Shown here piece by piece: positions 18,606 through 30,533 of a stretch of DNA of 64,000 bases (position 1 is the stretch's first letter; the number at the start of each line of letters is the position of its first letter). Source of the DNA: an uncultured Methanolobus sp. (GTDB lineage: Archaea > Halobacteriota > Methanosarcinia > Methanosarcinales > Methanosarcinaceae); contig OY776215.1 in the NCBI GenBank assembly GCA_963675495.1, positions 2,400,001-2,464,000 of the forward strand, written 5' to 3'. The notes under the pieces are model-generated. The model did no database searches. It was not told where the DNA came from and saw nothing but the letters and a program-made list of their open reading frames with translations. Position numbers and translations under genes: made by a program.

Positions 18606-19019
18606 ATGAAAATGGATGTAAATACTGAAAACCCATTTGTACAGGCACTGGCAGTTTCTACAACGATGGCAATTTTTATGGTCGGTGTGGCATTTGGGCT
18701 GATGAGCATGGCAAAAAGTGGTTCAACACAGGTTCCGATGCCTGTTATGCTTCTTATTTTTGCGGTGATCTTCATAGCGGGTTCTGTTTATTTTGAATCA
18801 CGTGGTGCAGATTACATGGGATCTCTTGTAGGGGGCTCAATAGTATCTTTGACTGCAACGTTCTCAGCCACAGCTTTTTTTAGTGGTATAAAGTATGCCC
18901 TTGAAGGTGGCATCACTGCTGTTGGATTGGAACAGGTCATTTCTGCACTAGCCTTGTGCATGATAGCCAGCATGTTCCTGATACGTGTTTTGCAGCATAA
19001 GTTCAAAGGGTCTTTTTAA
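18606..19019 (+). CDS. Hypothetical membrane protein upstream of grpE
   Basis: 137 aa, about four hydrophobic segments, GAGG RBS. Confidence 0.75.
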   Translation: MKMDVNTENPFVQALAVSTTMAIFMVGVAFGLMSMAKSGSTQVPMPVMLLIFAVIFIAGSVYFESRGADYMGSLVGGSIVSLTATFSATAFFSGIKYALEGGITAVGLEQVISALALCMIASMFLIRVLQHKFKGSF

Positions 19020-19176
19020 AATAATTATTTTTTTATATGAGTGCTTATCTTTTCTCTTTTTTGTGGACTTCGTTTTGCTAAAATAACGCGATTGTACGAT
19101 AACTATTTATAGAACATCAAACAATCACTAGTTCGAATGCACATTACCGCGCACAGAACATGCGGAGAAATTAAGA

Positions 19177-19695
19177 ATGGCTGATGGACCAGAAAATTGT
19201 GAAGAATTAGATTCGAAACCAGTTGAAGACGGCAAAGTCGCAGGAAATCCTTCTGAGGATGAAGTTACAGAACTCAGGGATAAACTTCTGCGCATGACTG
19301 CAGAATTCGATAATTTCCGAAAAAGAAGTGCTCGTGAAAAAGAAGAATATCGTAAGTTCGCAGTTGAGCAGGTTATAATTGAGCTCCTTGAGGTTTATGA
19401 CAACTTCGAACGTGCACTTGAGTCTGCAAAGCAGGCCGATGATATCTCATCTATAATTAAAGGTGTTGAGATGGTCTTTAAACAGTTTACTGGAATACTT
19501 GAGAAGGAAGGCCTTCAAAAAATTGAGTGTGAAGGTACTGAATTTGACCCTTATTTACATGAAGCTATGATGCATGTAGAACACCCGGAGCATGATGAGA
19601 ATATTGTTGTTGATGTCTGTAAACCCGGATACTATTTGCATACAAAGGTGATAAGGCCTGCAATGGTTACAGTATCAAAGAAATCGGATAAATGA
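19177..19695 (+). CDS. grpE: Nucleotide exchange factor GrpE
   Basis: RMTAEFDNFRKR, FDPYLHEA, VIRPAMVTV. Confidence 0.97.
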   Translation: MADGPENCEELDSKPVEDGKVAGNPSEDEVTELRDKLLRMTAEFDNFRKRSAREKEEYRKFAVEQVIIELLEVYDNFERALESAKQADDISSIIKGVEMVFKQFTGILEKEGLQKIECEGTEFDPYLHEAMMHVEHPEHDENIVVDVCKPGYYLHTKVIRPAMVTVSKKSDK

Positions 19696-19794
19696 AACGG
19701 AAAAAAGGTTTCTATCCTGACAAGGATATATTCAATATAAATAACACACAATTATTAATAGCAATTAAAATTCATTCATAAATGAGGTAATAAA

Positions 19795-21648
19795 ATGGGA
19801 AAGATATTGGGAATTGATTTAGGAACTACAAATTCCTGTATGGCTGTTATCGAAGGAGGAGAACCTACTATTATCCCTAATGCTGAGGGAGGAAGGACTA
19901 CACCTTCAGTTGTAGGTTTTTCTAAAAAGGGCGAGAAACTGGTGGGGCAGGTTGCCAAAAGGCAGCTCATCACCAATGCTGACAACAGTGTTAGCTCTAT
20001 CAAAAGACACATTGGAGAGTCTGATTATCAGGTAACTCTCAATGGTAAGGGGTACTCTCCTCAGGAAATCTCCGCAATGATTCTACGTAAGTTAAAGGAA
20101 GATGCAGAGTCCTATCTTGGGGAAACTATCACACAGGCAGTTATTACTGTTCCTGCGTACTTCAATGACTCTCAAAGACAGGCTACAAAGGATGCAGGTA
20201 CAATTGCCGGTCTTGAGGTCATGAGAATTATCAATGAGCCTACTGCAGCAGCTCTTGCATATGGTCTTGATAAGGATGAAGAAGATCACAAGATTCTCAT
20301 CTATGATCTTGGTGGCGGTACATTTGATGTATCCATTCTTGAGCTTGGTGGTGGAGTATTTGAAGTTCTTTCAACCAGTGGTGACACTCACCTTGGTGGG
20401 GATGATTTCGACCAGAGAATCGTAGACTTCCTTGTAGAGGAATTCAATAAGGCAGAAGGTATTGACCTTTCCAAGGACAAGGCAGCACTACAGCGTTTGA
20501 AGGATGCTGCTGAGAAAGCAAAGATCGAGCTTTCAGGTGTAGCAACAACAAACGTCAACCTTCCGTTCATTACTGCAGATGCCAATGGTCAGCCAAAACA
20601 CATTGACATTGACCTTACAAGAGCACAGTTCGAGAAGATGACTTCCGATCTGCTCGACAAGACCATGGTGGCTGTCAATCAGGCAATGAAGGATGCAAAA
20701 CTCAGTGCAAAGGACATTGACAGGGTACTTCTGGTAGGCGGTTCTACAAGGATGCCTTCAGTTGCAGAAGCTGTGAAGAAGGCAACAGAAAAGGACCCAT
20801 ACAAGAACATCAATCCTGATGAAGCTGTTGCAGTTGGTGCGGCAGTACAGGCAGGTGTCCTTGGTGGAGAGGTTCATGATGTACTTCTGCTTGATGTAAC
20901 ACCATTGACCCTTGGTATCGAAACTCTTGGAGGGGTATCAACACCTCTTATTGAAAGGAACACGACTATTCCAACCAAGAAGAGTCAGGTCTTCTCTACA
21001 GCAGCTGACAACCAGCCATCTGTTGAGATCCACGTACTTCAGGGTGAGAGAGGTGTAGCATCTGCTAACAAGACTCTTGGAAGGTTCACTCTTGACGGAA
21101 TTCCACCTTCGCCAAGAGGTCTTCCACAGATCGAGGTAACATTCGATATTGATGCAAACGGTATCCTGCATGTCAATGCACAGGACAAGGGAACCGGTAA
21201 GGAACAGTCTATTTCCATCCAGAAGCCAGGCGGTCTTTCTGATGAGGAAATTGACCAGATGGTAAAAGATGCAGAATTGCATGCTGAAGAGGACAAGAAA
21301 CGCAAGGAAGAGGTTGAGATCAAGAACGAAGCTGAATCACTTGTTAATGCTGCTGAAAAGACTCTCAAGGAAGCAGACGATATTGCAACCGATGAGCAGA
21401 AGTCCAAGGTCGAAGCTGCAGTCAGTGATCTTAAGACTGCTCTGGAAACTGAAGATCTCGAAGATATCAAGGCAAAGACGGAAGCGCTCCAGACTGCTGT
21501 CTATGATGTTTCTGCTGCAATGTACCAGAAGGCACAGGAAGAAGCTGCGTCTGCAGCATCTGCTTCAGAAGAATCCGATTCATCTGCAGACTCCGACGAG
21601 GAGACTATTGTAGATGCAGATTATGAAGTAGTTGATGAAGACAAGTAA
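19795..21648 (+). CDS. dnaK: Chaperone DnaK (Hsp70)
   Basis: [27 protein letters not shown]. Confidence 0.99.
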   Translation: MGKILGIDLGTTNSCMAVIEGGEPTIIPNAEGGRTTPSVVGFSKKGEKLVGQVAKRQLITNADNSVSSIKRHIGESDYQVTLNGKGYSPQEISAMILRKLKEDAESYLGETITQAVITVPAYFNDSQRQATKDAGTIAGLEVMRIINEPTAAALAYGLDKDEEDHKILIYDLGGGTFDVSILELGGGVFEVLSTSGDTHLGGDDFDQRIVDFLVEEFNKAEGIDLSKDKAALQRLKDAAEKAKIELSGVATTNVNLPFITADANGQPKHIDIDLTRAQFEKMTSDLLDKTMVAVNQAMKDAKLSAKDIDRVLLVGGSTRMPSVAEAVKKATEKDPYKNINPDEAVAVGAAVQAGVLGGEVHDVLLLDVTPLTLGIETLGGVSTPLIERNTTIPTKKSQVFSTAADNQPSVEIHVLQGERGVASANKTLGRFTLDGIPPSPRGLPQIEVTFDIDANGILHVNAQDKGTGKEQSISIQKPGGLSDEEIDQMVKDAELHAEEDKKRKEEVEIKNEAESLVNAAEKTLKEADDIATDEQKSKVEAAVSDLKTALETEDLEDIKAKTEALQTAVYDVSAAMYQKAQEEAASAASASEESDSSADSDEETIVDADYEVVDEDK

Positions 21649-21752
21649 ATATACATGGATCAACGCCTGGGTAAGATACTTTAATGTTAAAGGTATCTTA
21701 CCTACTTTTAGTTTCAATTTCATAACCATCATATGCATAACGGGAATCATCC

Positions 21753-22916
21753 ATGTCCACAACACGCGATTATTACGAAATATTAGGCTTATCCAAAGAT
21801 GCCACAGAATCCGAGATCAAAAAAGCTTATAGGAAGCTTGCAATGCAATATCATCCGGACAAAAATAAGGATGATGATGCTGAAGAGAAGTTCAAGGAAA
21901 TATCTGAAGCGTATGCTGTACTTTCTGATACTGAGAAAAGAGAGCAATATGACAGGTTCGGTCATGCAGGTATCGATGGCCGTTATAGTCAGGAAGATAT
22001 ATTCCGCAACGCAGACTTTGGTGGATTTGGTGACCTTGGTGATATATTTGGAAGCATATTCGGTGGTGGCGGTTTTGGAGGTTTTGGCGGTGGACAAAGG
22101 AGGCAGGGTCCATCCAGAGGGTCTGACCTTCGCTATGACCTGACAGTTACTCTTGAGCAGGCAGCAACAGGAGTTGATACAACTATCAATATCCCAAGGG
22201 CTGAGAACTGTGAGTCCTGTGGGGGTACCGGTGCAAAATCAGGTACTAGCCCTCATACGTGTTCTACATGTCATGGTTCAGGACAGGTTACACAGGCACG
22301 TAATACTCCATTTGGAAGATTCATGTCTACCAGTACATGTAATACATGTCATGGAAGAGGGCAGATCATTGAGACTCCATGTCCTGCATGTAAGGGTACT
22401 GGTAAGATCAAGAAAGTCCGTAAGATATCTGTTAAAGTACCCAAAGGAGCTGACAACGGCATTCGTCTCAAGATCAGGGGGGAAGGTGAAGAAGGAAGCC
22501 CAGGTGCACCATCTGGTGATCTTTATGTTGTAATTCATGTGGAGCCACATGACAAGTTCCAGCGTGTAGGCAATGACATACTCTACGAGCAGCTAATATC
22601 TTTCTCAATGGCAGCACTCGGTGGGGATGTAATGGTCCCGACACTTCATGGAAAAGTAAAAATGAACATTAAAGCCGGAACCCAGACGCATTCCATACTA
22701 CGTCTGAAAGGCAAAGGAATGCCTCATCTTCATGGTCATTCTCACGGTGATCAGCTTGTCAAGATCATTGTCAGAACGCCTACAAAACTATCAGGGGATC
22801 AAAAAGAACTCCTTAAAAAGTTCCAGAAGCTTGAAGATGGGTCAGATATGAAAAATCCAAAAGGTGGCAAAGGTATCTTCGAAAAAATGAAAGGTGCTTT
22901 TGAAGCTGGAATATAG
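21753..22916 (+). CDS. dnaJ: Chaperone DnaJ
   Basis: J domain HPD, G/F region, four CxxCxGxG. Confidence 0.99.
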   Translation: MSTTRDYYEILGLSKDATESEIKKAYRKLAMQYHPDKNKDDDAEEKFKEISEAYAVLSDTEKREQYDRFGHAGIDGRYSQEDIFRNADFGGFGDLGDIFGSIFGGGGFGGFGGGQRRQGPSRGSDLRYDLTVTLEQAATGVDTTINIPRAENCESCGGTGAKSGTSPHTCSTCHGSGQVTQARNTPFGRFMSTSTCNTCHGRGQIIETPCPACKGTGKIKKVRKISVKVPKGADNGIRLKIRGEGEEGSPGAPSGDLYVVIHVEPHDKFQRVGNDILYEQLISFSMAALGGDVMVPTLHGKVKMNIKAGTQTHSILRLKGKGMPHLHGHSHGDQLVKIIVRTPTKLSGDQKELLKKFQKLEDGSDMKNPKGGKGIFEKMKGAFEAGI

Positions 22917-22928
22917 TTATTTTCATAA

Positions 22929-23016
22929 GGAATCAATTTTTTTATTTTTAATTCGTAATCCTTTTTGGGCAGGGAATTAATTTTTTTATTTTTAATTCGT
23001 AATCCTTTTTGGGCAG
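22929..23016. repeat. Tandem duplication, 2 x 44 bp, in the dnaJ terminator region
   Basis: GGAAT(C/T)AATTTTTTTATTTTTAATTCGTAATCCTTTTTGGGCAG at 22929-22972 and 22973-23016, one mismatch. Confidence 0.92.
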
Positions 23017-23132
23017 TTATTTATATTGCTTCGTTAATTAAATGGTTAACCTTAAAAACCAATAAGCATATTATGCAGTTTTGATTTCAGTATCATATCA
23101 ATAATTTAATTATGACCTTTTGAAGGTATACC

Positions 23133-24467
23133 ATGAAGATCGTAATAATTGGTGCTGGTGAAGTTGGCTATCATATCGCTAAGGCTCTTTACCAGACAAA
23201 CGATGTTGTTATTATAGACCAGAATGAAGAAGCATGCGAACGTGCAGATGAGCTTGACGTTCATGTTTTGCATGGCAATGGTGCCAATGTATCCATTCTC
23301 CATGATATTCTGGAGGGAGCTGGTCTGTTGGTTGCTGTGACAGGCTCTGATGAGGTAAATATAGTTGCCTGTATGGGGTCCAAGCTCATTGCCAGGGACA
23401 AAGATAAATTAAAAACCGTAGCCAGGGTCAGCAATCCTGATTACATTGATCAACCTGTGACAAAAAGACCTCAAATAGGCATTGACATTATGGTATGTCC
23501 TGAACTATCCCTTGCTTCTGAGGTTGCCCGGATACTCGCAATTCCCTCTGCGATTGATGCAGAATATTTTGCAGATGGGAAAGTTGAGATGATGGAATTT
23601 GTAGTTCCCGAAAATCATTCTCTTGTGAATAAACATATGCAAGAACTCCACCTTGCAAATTGCTGTATTGTAAGTGCTCTTTTCAGGGATTCTGAAGTAA
23701 TAATCCCGCATGGTGAGGACGTAATAAAAGGCAATGATCATATCGTGGTAATTGGAAAACCGGCTTCAATGACCGAGGTCCGTGATATGTTCGGTGAAAA
23801 GGTCGGCAAAAGAAGTAAGGTGATGATAATTGGCGGTGGAATTGTAGGTTTCTATCTTGCAAAACTGGTCGCTAAGAGTGAGTTTGATCTGAAGATCATA
23901 GAGTCTAATAAGGAAAGATCTATGGTTATAGCTGAAGAACTTCCTGATGTATTGGTCCTCAATGGCGATGGAACTGATATTAATCTATTAAAGGAAGAAG
24001 GGATCTCTGAAATGGATGTTGTGATATCAGTCACTAATAGTGATGAAAAGAACCTTTTATGCTCATTGCTTGCCAAACAGCTTGGGGTGAAGAAAGTTAT
24101 AGCTCGATCAGACCGCTCTGATTATGTTTCCCTTTTTGAAATGGTTGGTGTGGACAGTGCTGTAAGTCCAAGGCAGGCTACGGTTAGTGAAGTTCTAAAA
24201 CTTACTTTTGGACAGGGAATTGAATCTGTCACAACCATAGAAGGCGAAAAAGCCGAGATCATTGAGTACACTACTTCTAAAAAATCAAAGATCGTGGGAA
24301 AACCTCTGAAAAGTGTGAAGTTTCCTCCCGGTGCGATTATCAGCATGGTTGTCCACAAAGGCAATACAGTGGTTCCACGTGGTGAATATGTTATAGAGGA
24401 AGGTGACAGGGTTGTTGTGTTTTCCCTGCAGTCCGCAAATTCAGAGGTAGAAAAACTTTTTAAATAA
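23133..24467 (+). CDS. trkA: Trk potassium uptake NAD-binding subunit
   Basis: Two RCK units (IIGAGEVG, IIGGGIVG). Confidence 0.96.
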   Translation: MKIVIIGAGEVGYHIAKALYQTNDVVIIDQNEEACERADELDVHVLHGNGANVSILHDILEGAGLLVAVTGSDEVNIVACMGSKLIARDKDKLKTVARVSNPDYIDQPVTKRPQIGIDIMVCPELSLASEVARILAIPSAIDAEYFADGKVEMMEFVVPENHSLVNKHMQELHLANCCIVSALFRDSEVIIPHGEDVIKGNDHIVVIGKPASMTEVRDMFGEKVGKRSKVMIIGGGIVGFYLAKLVAKSEFDLKIIESNKERSMVIAEELPDVLVLNGDGTDINLLKEEGISEMDVVISVTNSDEKNLLCSLLAKQLGVKKVIARSDRSDYVSLFEMVGVDSAVSPRQATVSEVLKLTFGQGIESVTTIEGEKAEIIEYTTSKKSKIVGKPLKSVKFPPGAIISMVVHKGNTVVPRGEYVIEEGDRVVVFSLQSANSEVEKLFK

Positions 24468-24479
24468 TCATCCATCGGG

Positions 24480-25922
24480 GTGGAGTATTTGAATCACGGT
24501 GTTATATTGAATGTTTTGGGAGGACTTCTCAGGTTCCTCGGGGCTATAATGATAATTCCTCTACTTGTTGCTCTTTACTACGGTGATTCTTTATATCCAT
24601 TTTTAGCAGCAGTTATTATTACTGGGTTAACAGGCATTTTGCTTTCTTATAGGTATAAAGCGACCGATGAGTGGAAGGCAAGGGAAGGGTTTGCCATTGT
24701 TGCATTTGGCTGGCTGGCAGCTGCCATTTTCGGTTCGATTCCTTTTATGCTGGATGGCTTCAGCCCTATAAACGCAATTTTTGAATCCATGTCTGGTTTT
24801 ACGACAACCGGAGCTACTATTTTACTGGATATAGAATCCCACTCCAAAAGTATACTCTTCTGGCGCAGTATGACCCAATGGATTGGAGGGATGGGTATCA
24901 TCATGCTTTTTATCGCCATTCTTCCAAAGCTTGGTGTTGCAGGAAGGCAGTTGTTCAGGGCAGAAGCTCCCGGTCCCACCGAAGATAAAATAAAACCAAG
25001 AATAAGGGAAACTGCAAAGATACTATGGATGGTATATTTGTTCATTTCTATAATAGAGGTCGCGGCTCTGATTCTTGCTAAAATGTCAATATATGATGCG
25101 GTCACACACACCTTTACCACAATGGCATGCGGCGGTTTTTCTCCCTATGCTAATAGTGTGGCAGCATTTAACAGTCCTCTTATAGAGGCCATAATAACTT
25201 TTTTCATGTTTATTGCAGGAGCTAACTTTGCGCTTCATTACAGAACACTATACACCGACAATCACAGTTTTTTGAAGGATGATGAGTTCAAATTCTATTC
25301 ATTCATAATTGCTCTTGCAACATTGGTATTGACTTTCAGTCTCTGGGGTGATATGGGGGAAACGATTCTTACGGCATTCAGATATGCTATTTTTCAGGTA
25401 GTTTCCATTACAACTACAACAGGATTTGCAACTGTGGAATTTGATCTGTGGTCTGATTCTGGAAAAATAGTACTGCTTGCAGTAATGTTTGTGGGTGGAT
25501 GTGCCGGTTCGACTTCCGGGGGTATAAAAGTAGTAAGGTTCTTTCTACTTCTTAAATACGCACAAAGGGCTTTGTTCAAATCAATACATCCAAGGGCTGT
25601 AAAACCAATAAAACTCAACGATAAGACCGTTCCTGACGATGTAATGCAGGCAATTGTATCTTTTGTAGTGATTTACTTTATGATATTTGCTGTATCCACA
25701 GGTCTTCTTTCACTATTGGGAATGGATCTTATTACTTCGATCACATCTTCCATAGCCACACTTGGAAACATTGGTCCGGGATTTGGTCTGGTAGGTCCAA
25801 TGGCAAGCTTTGACGTGGTACCATTCGTCGGAAAACTGTTATTGATAACAAATATGTGGATAGGCAGACTTGAAGTATTCACGGTAATCGTTATGCTGAC
25901 TCCTGAATTCTGGAAACGTTGA
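24480..25922 (+). CDS. trkH: Trk potassium uptake membrane subunit
   Basis: FESMSGFTTTGA, QWIGGMG, GGCAGSTSGGIK, GNIGPG, GRLE. Confidence 0.96.
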   Translation: MEYLNHGVILNVLGGLLRFLGAIMIIPLLVALYYGDSLYPFLAAVIITGLTGILLSYRYKATDEWKAREGFAIVAFGWLAAAIFGSIPFMLDGFSPINAIFESMSGFTTTGATILLDIESHSKSILFWRSMTQWIGGMGIIMLFIAILPKLGVAGRQLFRAEAPGPTEDKIKPRIRETAKILWMVYLFISIIEVAALILAKMSIYDAVTHTFTTMACGGFSPYANSVAAFNSPLIEAIITFFMFIAGANFALHYRTLYTDNHSFLKDDEFKFYSFIIALATLVLTFSLWGDMGETILTAFRYAIFQVVSITTTTGFATVEFDLWSDSGKIVLLAVMFVGGCAGSTSGGIKVVRFFLLLKYAQRALFKSIHPRAVKPIKLNDKTVPDDVMQAIVSFVVIYFMIFAVSTGLLSLLGMDLITSITSSIATLGNIGPGFGLVGPMASFDVVPFVGKLLLITNMWIGRLEVFTVIVMLTPEFWKR

Positions 25923-26139
25923 TTTACAGGTTGTTAATGTGGCTTCCTTGCAGGCCAGATATGTAACCTACATTTTTTTTTGTTTTTCTGCCGTTAAAAA
26001 ATAGCTTTTTTTGTCCATGCTGTTGTTCCACAGATTATGAATGTAGTAACTTTGGTGGCAGCAGTTAAAAGAACTTGTAACAAATCAGAATTCAAAATAA
26101 AAACAGAAAAAAGAATAAAGTGATTAAAAAATCACTTGA

Positions 26140-27354
26140 TCATTGTTCAAAGTCCAGTTCGTACTTCACAACGTTCTTAAAAAGTCCTCTTAGGTCCCAT
26201 AAGAGTTTCTTATTTGCCCTGAAGAGTGCATACAAAAGATCCAGCAGGCTCATACTGGTGAAATTTACATTTTCCAGTGAATGTGCCAGAGAATTCATTT
26301 CCTTGTCCGTAAAGTTGGTAAATGTATTTTTGACTATCAGGCTGTTATCTATTTCATAACCAATTGTTGTACGCCATTGACTCTCGTATTCCTGAAGGGT
26401 ATTGGTTGAGACATCATCTTTGGATATTGCCTTATATGCAACTTCTCCTGCAATCTTTCCAGCTTCCATTGCATTGATAATCCCACCGCCTGTTATTGGG
26501 TCGGATTGTCTGGCTGCGTCTCCGATAAGCATAAGCCCATTGGCAATTGTTTTCTCAATGGAACCACTAACTGGTACTCCACCAACATCCATTTCAAGGA
26601 TACTGGCATCAGGATATGTCTTTTTTACAAATTCATTCAGGTAGTCAACGGCCTTTTTTTCTCCGGATTTGCTGCCAAGAATGCCAATTCCGACATTTGC
26701 AAGATCATTTCCTTTTGGGAATATCCATACATAACCAGCTGGAGCTATCTCATTTCCAATATGGAAGTAGCAATAGTTCTGGTCGATACCTGTGCCGCTC
26801 ATAAGATACTGAGCACAGGTCTCAAGATCAGATGGTTTGATAGATGTGTCAATGCCTGCCCATCTGCCTACTTTTGATTCGACTCCATCTGCACCGATGA
26901 CGATTTTAGCTTTGATGTCGCATGTTTCCCCAAGGTGCATGATCTTTACGCCTTTTACAAAACCGTTCTCCATGATTAGGTCAGTTGCTCTTGTTTTGAC
27001 CATTACCTCTGCCCCGGCTTTTGCGCTTTCATATGCTAGTGCTCTGTCAAAGAGCTTGCGTTCAAGGACATATCCGACTTCTCCACCGGCAATCTCTTCT
27101 GCCATTTCGATCATAGTTCCATCGGGTGCATATATGCGTGATCCTTTCACGTCTGCACAGATCCAGCGGTGGTCAGGTTCTATGTGTTTCCTCAGCCATA
27201 TCTTGCTGACTCCCTCTGCACATCTGACGGGGTCGCCAATTTCCTGTCTTTTTTCTATCAGAAGGACATCAAGACCTTTCTGAGCAGCAGTTTTTGCTGC
27301 TATAGAACCGGCAGGACCAGCACCTATCACTACTACATCGTACTCACTCTTCAC
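26140..27354 (-). CDS. Digeranylgeranylglycerophospholipid reductase (archaeal geranylgeranyl reductase)
   Basis: [38 protein letters not shown]. Confidence 0.92.
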   Translation of the reverse strand: MKSEYDVVVIGAGPAGSIAAKTAAQKGLDVLLIEKRQEIGDPVRCAEGVSKIWLRKHIEPDHRWICADVKGSRIYAPDGTMIEMAEEIAGGEVGYVLERKLFDRALAYESAKAGAEVMVKTRATDLIMENGFVKGVKIMHLGETCDIKAKIVIGADGVESKVGRWAGIDTSIKPSDLETCAQYLMSGTGIDQNYCYFHIGNEIAPAGYVWIFPKGNDLANVGIGILGSKSGEKKAVDYLNEFVKKTYPDASILEMDVGGVPVSGSIEKTIANGLMLIGDAARQSDPITGGGIINAMEAGKIAGEVAYKAISKDDVSTNTLQEYESQWRTTIGYEIDNSLIVKNTFTNFTDKEMNSLAHSLENVNFTSMSLLDLLYALFRANKKLLWDLRGLFKNVVKYELDFEQ

Positions 27355-27527
27355 TTTTTCACCTCAATAGCTCCAACCGGGCATATCTTAGCACAGATTC
27401 CACAAGATGTGCATGTCTCATTGACCTCTATCCAGGTTTCAACCAATTCAAGCGCGCCAACCGGGCATACGCTTACACATGCACCACAATACCCGCATTT
27501 GAATTTGTTTACGTTGATGGTCACCAT
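27351..27527 (-). CDS. 2[4Fe-4S] ferredoxin coupled to the reductase
   Basis: [12 protein letters not shown] and [12 protein letters not shown]; 4-nt overlap with the reductase. Confidence 0.95.
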   Translation of the reverse strand: MVTINVNKFKCGYCGACVSVCPVGALELVETWIEVNETCTSCGICAKICPVGAIEVKK

Positions 27528-27643
27528 TATCACCTATAATTTGTATGATTCATCCCTCTGATTCAAGGGAAAATATATTTTTTTGATTAAAATTAAAATA
27601 ACATGATTAAGGAAGCCATTATAGTATAAGCACTATAAGTGGT

Positions 27644-28279
27644 TTATGCATCACAAGGGGCAGTTATTCTGGCTCTTGCCTTGCCTGTTTTCATATCAAA
27701 TCTTTCCATTATATATTTTCGGGAATTTCCATGTCCATGAAGCATTATTTCCACGAGGTCATGGGGTTCGTCGATATCTGTACTTAACAGGAAAGAATCA
27801 TAAATATGCACTGAACAGTTCTGTTCTTTTGCTATATTGCAGTGGTTAAGGAAACTGGATCCATAATATTTTACATGAAAATTCGAAGGGTCTTTTATGA
27901 ATACAACGTTTGTACCTCCGCCTTTCCCTGGAACGATCACTACGTCCTCTGGTCTTGCTGATATTTCCTCTATGTGTTCAGCTCTTACAAGGGGGAGATC
28001 TGCCATAATTATGAATATTGGCTCTTTTTCATTGACCAGATACTCATTGATGGCTTCGTTAAGGTCATGTTCACTAAGTACTACGTTTGTCTCCAGATCC
28101 TTGGGTACTCCGTTGTCAAGTGTCGTGAGTATGTCTACCTCTGTAATTTCAGCTTCCTTAAGGCTACCAACTACATCTCTTAACATCAGCTCTACGAATT
28201 CCTCCCGTTCTTCTTGGGTAAGCGCAGGTGAAAGCCTTGATTTGGCATTTTTCTTTTTGTACGGGATCAATGCTTTCAT
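27644..28279 (-). CDS. cofC: 2-phospho-L-lactate/PEP guanylyltransferase (F420 biosynthesis)
   Basis: MKALIPYK..AKSRLSP, IMADLPL, GGTN, DIDEPHDL. Confidence 0.94.
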   Translation of the reverse strand: MKALIPYKKKNAKSRLSPALTQEEREEFVELMLRDVVGSLKEAEITEVDILTTLDNGVPKDLETNVVLSEHDLNEAINEYLVNEKEPIFIIMADLPLVRAEHIEEISARPEDVVIVPGKGGGTNVVFIKDPSNFHVKYYGSSFLNHCNIAKEQNCSVHIYDSFLLSTDIDEPHDLVEIMLHGHGNSRKYIMERFDMKTGKARARITAPCDA

Positions 28280-29355
28280 AAAACTGCCTCATAGAGTGCA
28301 TTTCTTTGTTTTGGCGTTCTGCCTGTTTGGCGAATCAACCACTCAATTTCAGCTGCCGGGGTATATTCCCCGTTAGTTCCCCCGGAAGCAACTGTGATCT
28401 TATCTTCCATAAGGGTGCCACCAAGGTCATTAGCTCCACAGGACAATGCAACCTGTGCTAACTTCTTCCCAAGTTTCACCCACGGTGCCTGAATATTATC
28501 AATATACTTGTGCAGTATTATTCTTGAAATGGCCTGCAATTGGAGATCAATAATACCTGTGGTCATGAACTTACCTCTTTGCATCATTTCTTCTCCAATC
28601 CTGTTGTTGTATGGCATAAAAGCCATGGGGATAAACTCGGTGAATCCGCCGGTACGTTTCTGTATATTCTGGATAGTGAAGATGTGGTCTATTCTTTCCT
28701 CAGCAGTTTCCACGTGTCCATACATCATGGTAGCGTTTGTCTGAAGACCTTCATTATGTGAAGCTTCAATTGTGTCGATCCACTGTTGTTTTGTAATTTT
28801 GCTTGGGCAAATTATCTTCCTTACACGGTCTGCAAGTATCTCAGCAGACGTCCCGGTCAATGTGCCTACTCCGCATTCTTTCAAAATACTGAAAGCTTCA
28901 CCAACTGGTATTTTCTCCATTTTTGCAGCATGGAATACTTCCATCGGTGAAAGGGCATGTATGTTCATTGAAGGATAATTGGAACTGATGGCATCAAATA
29001 TCTCAGTATAGTAATCCATGTTGAGTTGTGGGATATATCCTCCCTGGACGCAAACCTCTATAGCTCCTGCACTTTGCGCCCTTTCGACCTCTTCGAGCAC
29101 TTTTTCAGTTGAAAGGATGTATCCTTCTTTTTCTTTAAAGGCACAAAAACCACAATTCCCTGCACACATATTAGTGAGGTATATATTGCGGTTAGTGATG
29201 TATGTGACATCATTTCCTACAGTTTTGTAGCGCAAGTCATCTGCAAGAGAAAAAAGTTCAAAAGGACTTGCATCCAGCAATTTCATGGCATCTTCTTTGC
29301 GAATCTCACCATTGTATGCCCTTTCGATAATATCGTCTGTAATGATAGAATACAT
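28276..29355 (-). CDS. cofH: FO synthase subunit CofH (paralog 2)
   Basis: Radical SAM CAGNCGFC, GTSAEIL, YGHVET, GANDLGGTLME. Confidence 0.88.
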   Translation of the reverse strand: MYSIITDDIIERAYNGEIRKEDAMKLLDASPFELFSLADDLRYKTVGNDVTYITNRNIYLTNMCAGNCGFCAFKEKEGYILSTEKVLEEVERAQSAGAIEVCVQGGYIPQLNMDYYTEIFDAISSNYPSMNIHALSPMEVFHAAKMEKIPVGEAFSILKECGVGTLTGTSAEILADRVRKIICPSKITKQQWIDTIEASHNEGLQTNATMMYGHVETAEERIDHIFTIQNIQKRTGGFTEFIPMAFMPYNNRIGEEMMQRGKFMTTGIIDLQLQAISRIILHKYIDNIQAPWVKLGKKLAQVALSCGANDLGGTLMEDKITVASGGTNGEYTPAAEIEWLIRQTGRTPKQRNALYEAVL

Positions 29356-29362
29356 TGTTTCC

Positions 29363-30481
29363 TCAGGCGACCTTGAGTTTCATCTGTTCATGGTTGCTGG
29401 CATCGATGATCGGTTTATATGATGTATTTCTTTGAAGTGCCTGTCTTCCTGATGAAACGATGAACCATTCCAATTCCTGTGCGGACATGAATTGACCATT
29501 TGTTGAACCGGCTGAACTTGATATCTTTTCTTCCATCAGGGTCCCTCCAAGATCATTAACACCACAGAATAAAGCTACCTGAGCAAGTTTCTTTCCGAGC
29601 TTGACCCAGCTTGCCTGGATGTTCTTTATGTGTGTATTAAGTATTATGCGTGCAAGGGCATATAATCGCAGATCTTCCATTCCAGGAGTTGCATACCTTC
29701 CGTCCTTTATCATTTCATCGCCCACTTTGTTATTGTATGGCATAAAGGTCAATGGCACGAATTCATGGAAGCCACCTGTCTCTTTCTGTATATCTCTTAT
29801 TATCATCATGTGGTCAATACGCTCTTCAATTGTTTCGACGTGTCCATACATAATGGTTGCAGTTGTGTTTATTCCTGTTTTGTGAGCCTTGGTGATCACA
29901 TCTATCCATTCGTCAGTCTTGAGTTTCTCAGGGCAGATTATATTTCTGACTCTGTCTGACAGGATCTCTGCAGCAGTTCCCGGCATGGTGTCCAGTCCTG
30001 CATTTTTAAGGCGCATGAGAGCTTCTTCAACAGTTATATCACTCTGCTTTGCAGCATGATATACTTCCATAGGCGAGAATGCATGTGTATGGATATGTGG
30101 AAATTCTGTTTTAACCGCCCTTATTATATCTGTGTAAAAATTGATGTCGGAATTAGGAAGCAATCCTCCCTGGATACAAACTTCTGTTGCCCCAAGGCTT
30201 TCTGCTTCTCTTACTTTTTCAAGTATTTGCGGAATCTCCAATACATATCCTGTATTGTCTTTGAATGCACAGAAACCACAAGTTCCAATACATCGGTTTG
30301 TAAAGTTTATGTTGCGGTTGACTACGTAAGTAACAGTATCACCTACTGTTTCCTGACGTAACTTATCAGCAAATTCGAAAAGTTTGAACGGAGGGATCGT
30401 CAAAAGAAAAAGAGCATCTTCCTTTGAAACCTTACCTTCATAGGCACGTTCAATAATGTCATTTGGAATAGTGGGGTTCAT
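29363..30481 (-). CDS. cofH: FO synthase subunit CofH (paralog 1)
   Basis: VNRNINFTNRCIGTCGFC, MPGTAAEIL, IQASWVKLG. Confidence 0.92.
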   Translation of the reverse strand: MNPTIPNDIIERAYEGKVSKEDALFLLTIPPFKLFEFADKLRQETVGDTVTYVVNRNINFTNRCIGTCGFCAFKDNTGYVLEIPQILEKVREAESLGATEVCIQGGLLPNSDINFYTDIIRAVKTEFPHIHTHAFSPMEVYHAAKQSDITVEEALMRLKNAGLDTMPGTAAEILSDRVRNIICPEKLKTDEWIDVITKAHKTGINTTATIMYGHVETIEERIDHMMIIRDIQKETGGFHEFVPLTFMPYNNKVGDEMIKDGRYATPGMEDLRLYALARIILNTHIKNIQASWVKLGKKLAQVALFCGVNDLGGTLMEEKISSSAGSTNGQFMSAQELEWFIVSSGRQALQRNTSYKPIIDASNHEQMKLKVA

Positions 30482-30533
30482 ATTTTCTCCGATACTTATC
30501 TCTTGTATTTAAATTGTATGCCCCGATCGTAAC

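Noticed and set aside
22929-23016. CRISPR-like repeat
   Set aside because: Only two abutting copies, no spacers, no cas genes
28276-30481. Duplicate cofH as a novelty
   Set aside because: Two tandem cofH paralogs are common in Methanosarcinales
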